A DNA stretch of 64,000 bases, taken from the human T2T-CHM13v2.0 reference genome, Homo sapiens. Positions within the stretch are counted from its first letter, which is position 1; each line of letters starts with the position of its first letter. The stretch lies in assembly GCF_009914755.1 (NCBI RefSeq), contig NC_060931.1; one strand, written 5' to 3'. The position numbers were made by a program, and so were the translations under genes. Shown here in pieces: positions 59,076 through 64,000 of this stretch. The notes beneath the pieces were generated by a model, which worked only from the letters and a program-made list of their open reading frames with translations, was not told where the DNA came from and searched no databases.

Positions 59076-59834
59076 ATTAGCATAAATTTCCAGTGATGGG
59101 TTTTCAGGGTCAATGAAATAAGAGGGTTTTATGTCCCAGGGGAAAGAACACTATCTGACCCAGTGAAACTACCTCACCACGGCATGGTGGACCAACACTT
59201 CCACCTTGTATTTCCTCTGGAAAATAGAAGAGATTTTAATTTTTTTTCCTGTTCTGTCTTTTCTACATCTTAAATTTTGAATGAATACATATTGCTTTGT
59301 CATTTTTTAAAATACGTGATAAAACAATCTGTAAAACAAAATGGATTAAAATGGCAAATACTGCTTGAAGACATACTAGATTTAAGTTACTGGGCTGTTA
59401 GGAATAACTACACTTCTACCTTGATCCTGCTGATAGACATCCTGGTGAGGTAGCAGTAGAGGAAAAGAGACTCACAGAATAGGCAGGCTCCACGGTCACA
59501 GAAGTGGCTGTCTGTCTTTTCAGAGAACAGTGCTGAGGGAAGTGATTAGGCAATTGGCAATCCCTGATTTCTGTGGCTCTGATTCCTTGGGTACTTGCTA
59601 GTACAGCATAGCAGGGAGTATACTGGTCTAGATATAGAAAACAATTGGGATCTTGTCCTAACCGTGTATATAGTTTTGTCTGACACTTCAGAATAAAACT
59701 GTATTTGAAATCAAGATGTGGATTTCTTTACTTTTTTTCACTAAAAAAAATTTTTTTTTTTGAGAACTAAGTATATATTAGTTTAACTCCCTACTGTGAT
59801 AAAAATCAAACTCACTTTCTTTGAAGGGTACAAG

Positions 59835-60077
59835 TAAATGGTATCCAGTTAGAAGTGTGCAATGTAACTGACAGGCTCTAATGAGGCATACTTATTTTTT
59901 CATTGGTGATATTACCTTAAGCATAATGACATTTTTACTGATAAATTTTGAGGTAGAACTACAGTTCCACAATTAGTTATTAAAATGTTTTTATTCTTCA
60001 CTTCTTTATGGGGACAATCATTATTTTTCTACAACTAATTGTACTTTTAGCTTTCCATTTATACTCTTTTAAAAACT
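59835..60077 (+). repeat. Copy B of local duplication
   Basis: Aligns to 57055-57310. Confidence 0.9.
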
Positions 60078-60079
60078 CT

Positions 60080-60195
60080 CAAACTCAGTTTCATCATCCC
60101 TATAAAATGAAGATGGCGATCATCTGCTCTTCCCACTTCACAGTGTTGGGATCCTCAAATGAAATACCATGCAAAAAAGTGCTTTGGAAATACAA
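60080..60195 (+). mobile_element. MIR
   Basis: CTCAGTTTCATCATC..TAAAATG..CACAGTGTTG..GATC..AAATGA..AAAGTGCTTTG. Confidence 0.6.
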
Positions 60196-60519
60196 GGTAC
60201 GATACAGTGGTTGCATGTGGTTGTGAAGTGAGGGTGATTCTACAGGCACAATCTGCCTCATGGTATTGTAGGAAATGAGATAATATATGCAAACGTGGTT
60301 TGGAAATCAGAGAGGACTGCGTAATTGGAGAGCATCATTGTATCACTCAGAAGGCTGGTCTTGGAGGAGCTGTTTTGGGTGGAACATCTTGGCGTCACAA
60401 TGCAGTACTTGAGCACAGAAAGGTATTTCATATTGGTGTTAGGAAGGGAGAGATGCATTATGAAGCACCTACTATATGTGTAGTTCTATAATGAGCAAGT
60501 TTATTTCCATTACATATAT

Positions 60520-60787
60520 ATTTTGAAGGCTAGTTTTTTAGCGCAGTTTTAGATTCAGAGATTTCCCATATATCCTACACAGGCATAGCCTTCTTCATGA
60601 TCAATATCCTCCACCAGAGTCCTACATTCGTTACAATTGATGAATCTACATTGACACACCCTAATCACCCAAAGCCTATAGTTTATGGATTTAGACATAC
60701 GTATAATGATATATATCTATCATTATAATATCATATAGAATATTTTCACTGCTCTAAAAATAGGCATTGCCTATTCATTTCCCCCCT
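60520..60787 (-). mobile_element. L1MC-type 3' fragment
   Basis: CCACCAGAGT..TTACAATTGATGAA..ACATTGACAC..TCACCCAAAG. Confidence 0.75.
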
Positions 60788-61340
60788 TTATATTATTTCA
60801 TATGAACTTCTATCCCATAAAATAATAATCTCCATTTTATATCTAAGCAATATTATATTACTTGTTCAAGTGAGAAATCTGGAATTTAAACAAATGTCTG
60901 CTTGACTCTAAAATCGATCTCTCTGTGGCTCTCTACTTAAGTAGTAGATGGTTTGAGTTTGAAGTGATGGAAGATACAAGTTCTTAGAGTCCTGGATTAA
61001 TGCTAACCTCAAATAGTTGTATTATACTAGACATGTCTTTTACTTTCTGTGAAGTTTTCTTCATCTGGAAATGGAGGTTTTAAAATGGCAACTATTTTAC
61101 TAAGGGAATTTTCAACTTCCAAATTGTGATGAGGCCAATCCCCTAGGGGCATGGAGGAGTAACAAGAGGAAAAGAACTGAATGCCAGAATTGCTCATGGA
61201 AAAGAGCAGTGCCACCATCCTAGACTAGCTGGGTTGCTATAATAAAGATAAATAAGTGTTTTCTAGGCCATTGTATTTTGGGTCTTTTTGTTAAAGAAAC
61301 TTAACCTTTTCCTAAATAAAGGATATTTGGGATATCCTTA

Positions 61341-63491
61341 TCACCAAGAAGACAGCCAAACCATTCATGAGGGATCTGCCCCCATGATCCCAATACTTCC
61401 CACCAGGCCCTACCTCCAACATTGGGATTGCATTTCAACAGAGATTTGGGCAGAGATAAATAACTATATCAGTCTGCCTCTGGCCTCTCCCAAATCTCAT
61501 GTTCTTCTCACATTGCAAACTACAATCATGCCTTCTCAACAGTCTCACAAAATCTTCATTCATTTCAGTGTTAGCTCAAAAGTCCAAAGTCTCAACTGAG
61601 ATGAGGCATGTCCCTTCCACCTATGAGCCTGTAAAATGAAAAACAAGTTATTTACTTCCAACATACAGTGGAGGTATAGGCATTGGGTAAACGTTTCCAT
61701 TCCAAAAGGGAATAATCAGCTAAAAGAAAGGGGATATCAGCCCCATTCAAGTTTGAAACCCAGCAGGGCAGTCCTTAAATCTTAAAGCTCCAAAATAATC
61801 GCCTTTGACTTCATGTCTCACATTCAGAGCACACTGGTGCAATGCGTGGGCTCCCAAGGTTTTGGGCAGCTGCATCTCTGTGGCTTTGTAGGGTTGGCCT
61901 CCCAGGCTGCTCTCATGTGCTGGAGTTGAATGCCTGTGGGTTTTTTGGGAGCAGGATGCAAGCGGCTAATGGAACTGTCATTCTAGGGTCTGAAGGATGG
62001 TAGCCCCCTTTCTGAAGCTCCCCCAGGCAGTGCCTCAGGGAGGTCTCTGTATGGGTCTTCCAGCCCAACATTTCTCCTCCATGCTACCCTAGAAGAGGTT
62101 CTCTGAAAGGGCTCCACCCCTGCAGCAGGCTTCTTCCTGGACACCCAGGCTTTTCCACACATCCTCTGAAATCTAGGTGGTAGCTCCCAAGCAGCCTTCA
62201 CTTTTGCATTCTGTGTGCCTGCTGGCTTAACACCATGTGGAAGCTGCCAAAGCTTATGGCTTGCACCCTCTGACACAGAAGCTTGGGCTCTATCTGGAAT
62301 CCTGTGGGCCAAGGCTGGAACCAGAGCAGCAGAGATGCAAGAAGCAGTGTCCTGGGGTCCTGAAGCTGCACAGGGCAGCAGGGCCCTTGGCTTTTGCCCA
62401 TGAAACCATTCTTCTTTCCTAGACCTCTGGGCCTCTGTTGGGAGGGGTTACCATGAAGATTTCAGAAATGCTTTAGAGGCCTTTTCCTCATTGTCTTGTA
62501 TATTAGCACTTGGTTCCCTTTTAGTTATGAAAATTTCTCTGGCAATTGGTTGCTCCACAGCCTACTTGAATTTCTCTCTTTTAAAAGCTTTTTCTTTCTT
62601 TACCATATGGCCTAGCTGCCAATTTTACAAACCTTTATCATCTTCTTTCTATTTAAATACAAACTCCAACCTTAAGTCATTTCTTTGCTCCCACATCTCA
62701 GTGTAGGTTGTTAGAAGCAGCCAGGGCACATCTTGAACACTTGGCTGCTTGAAAATTTCTTCTACCAGGTACCCCAGATCATCACTCTCAAGTTCAAACT
62801 TCCATAGATTCCTAGGGCATGGACACAACATAGCCAAGTTCTTTATTGAGGCATAACATGGGTGACCTTTGCTCCAATACACGGTAAGTTCCTCATTTCC
62901 ATCTGAGACCTCATCAGCCTGGATTTCACTGTCTATATCACTATCAGCATTTTGGTTGCAACCACTTAACTGGTCTCTAAGAAGTTCCAAATTTTCCCTC
63001 ATCTTTCTGTCTTCTGAATTCTCCAGACTCTTCCGACTTTTGCCTATTACCCTACTCTTTGTATCAATTTTCTATATTAGGCCATTCTTGCCTTGCTATA
63101 AAGAAATACCTGAGACTGGGTAATTTGTAAAGAAAAGAGGTTTAATTGGCTTCTGGTCCTGCAGGCTGTTCAGGAGGCATAGCTCCAGCATCTGCTTCTG
63201 AGGAGGCCTCGGGAAGCTTTCAGTCATGGTGGAAAGCAAAGCAGGAGCAGGCACTTCACATAGTGAAAGCAGGAGTGACAAAGTGGGGTAGGGGAAGTGC
63301 CCCGCACTTTTACCTGACCATGTCTCACATGAATTCAGAGTGAGAGCTCAATTATCACCAATGGGATGGCCCAAGCCGTTCATGAGGGATCTGCCCCCAT
63401 TATCCGGACACCTCCCATCAGGCCCCATCTCTGGCATGGGGATTACAATTCAACATGATATTTGGTGGGGACAAATATCCAAACTATATCA
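61341..63491 (-). mobile_element. Near-complete MSTB-like MaLR provirus: truncated LTR 61341-61471, internal 61472-63072, full LTR 63073-63491
   Basis: CCATTCATGAGGGATCTGCCCCCAT in both LTRs; MaLR-int motifs; ORF remnants 62649-63002 and 61983-62312. Confidence 0.9.
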
Positions 63492-64000
63492 CCCCTAAAA
63501 TGCAAAATATCATATCGAACTGGGAAAAGGCTTCTGAAATTAATACTAAGAATATAAAACTTTAAAGCTGTTTCTTTCTGTTTTAATTCATGTCCTGTGA
63601 TCAGGTCAGGTACTAGTGTACAAGTATATATAATAAAACTACCTGAGATGGTTTATTGATATTAATCTTGCCATCACATATCACTTAGGCCTGATTTCTG
63701 TCTTTATATCTGAGTTAATGCCAATAGATTCTAAACTCCAAATTTAGACGTTTATTGGCATATTTGAAATGGAAAGTGTCTCAATATCCAGAACGTGTAA
63801 GAATACCAGGTTTTGGGGAAAACCACTGCTTCCTGGGAGGAGCTTTTCACCGTATGAGATGTAGTATGAGTTCATCTGTAAACTAATTGAGGTCTGTGAA
63901 TTTCAGGTATTCATGGGGGGAGGTAACCCAATTGTATTGATAACTCTAAAGTTTAACTTCCATGTGGATCTTGAAAAGCAGCTCTCTAATGGTCTGAATA

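Noticed and set aside
61341-63491. High divergence between the two MST LTR copies as a sign of chimerism
   Set aside because: Divergence is compatible with the age of MSTB elements

Overview
Non-coding, AT-rich, CpG-depleted primate genomic DNA, most likely human or great ape (AluY, THE1 and L1PA5-like elements are present); the locus cannot be named from sequence alone. I find no supportable cellular protein-coding gene, RNA gene, CpG island or CRISPR array. Almost every ORF in the track is Alu-, L1-, LTR- or simple-repeat-derived or a short chance ORF; the only recognisable protein remnants are L1 ORF2 and MaLR internal ORF fragments. The window is dominated by about 26 Alu copies, L1 fragments of many ages, MaLR/ERV LTRs (four THE1 solo LTRs, one near-complete MSTB provirus), Tigger3 and MER33 DNA transposons, L2/MIR relics and low-complexity tracts. 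Subfamily names are by-eye calls and need RepeatMasker/Dfam confirmation. The most unusual structures are: a two-template insertion inside a Tigger3 element (4144-4417); a fused tail-to-tail inverted Alu pair (15526-16018); an Alu tail converted to a ~265-bp (AAGGGG)n-like tract; an old duplicated apparently unique element (57055-57310 / 59835-60077); twin-primed and transducing L1 mini-insertions; and a speculative minus-strand spliced lncRNA that could be driven by DUX-motif-bearing THE1/MST LTRs. None of this is proven to be a new biological system.
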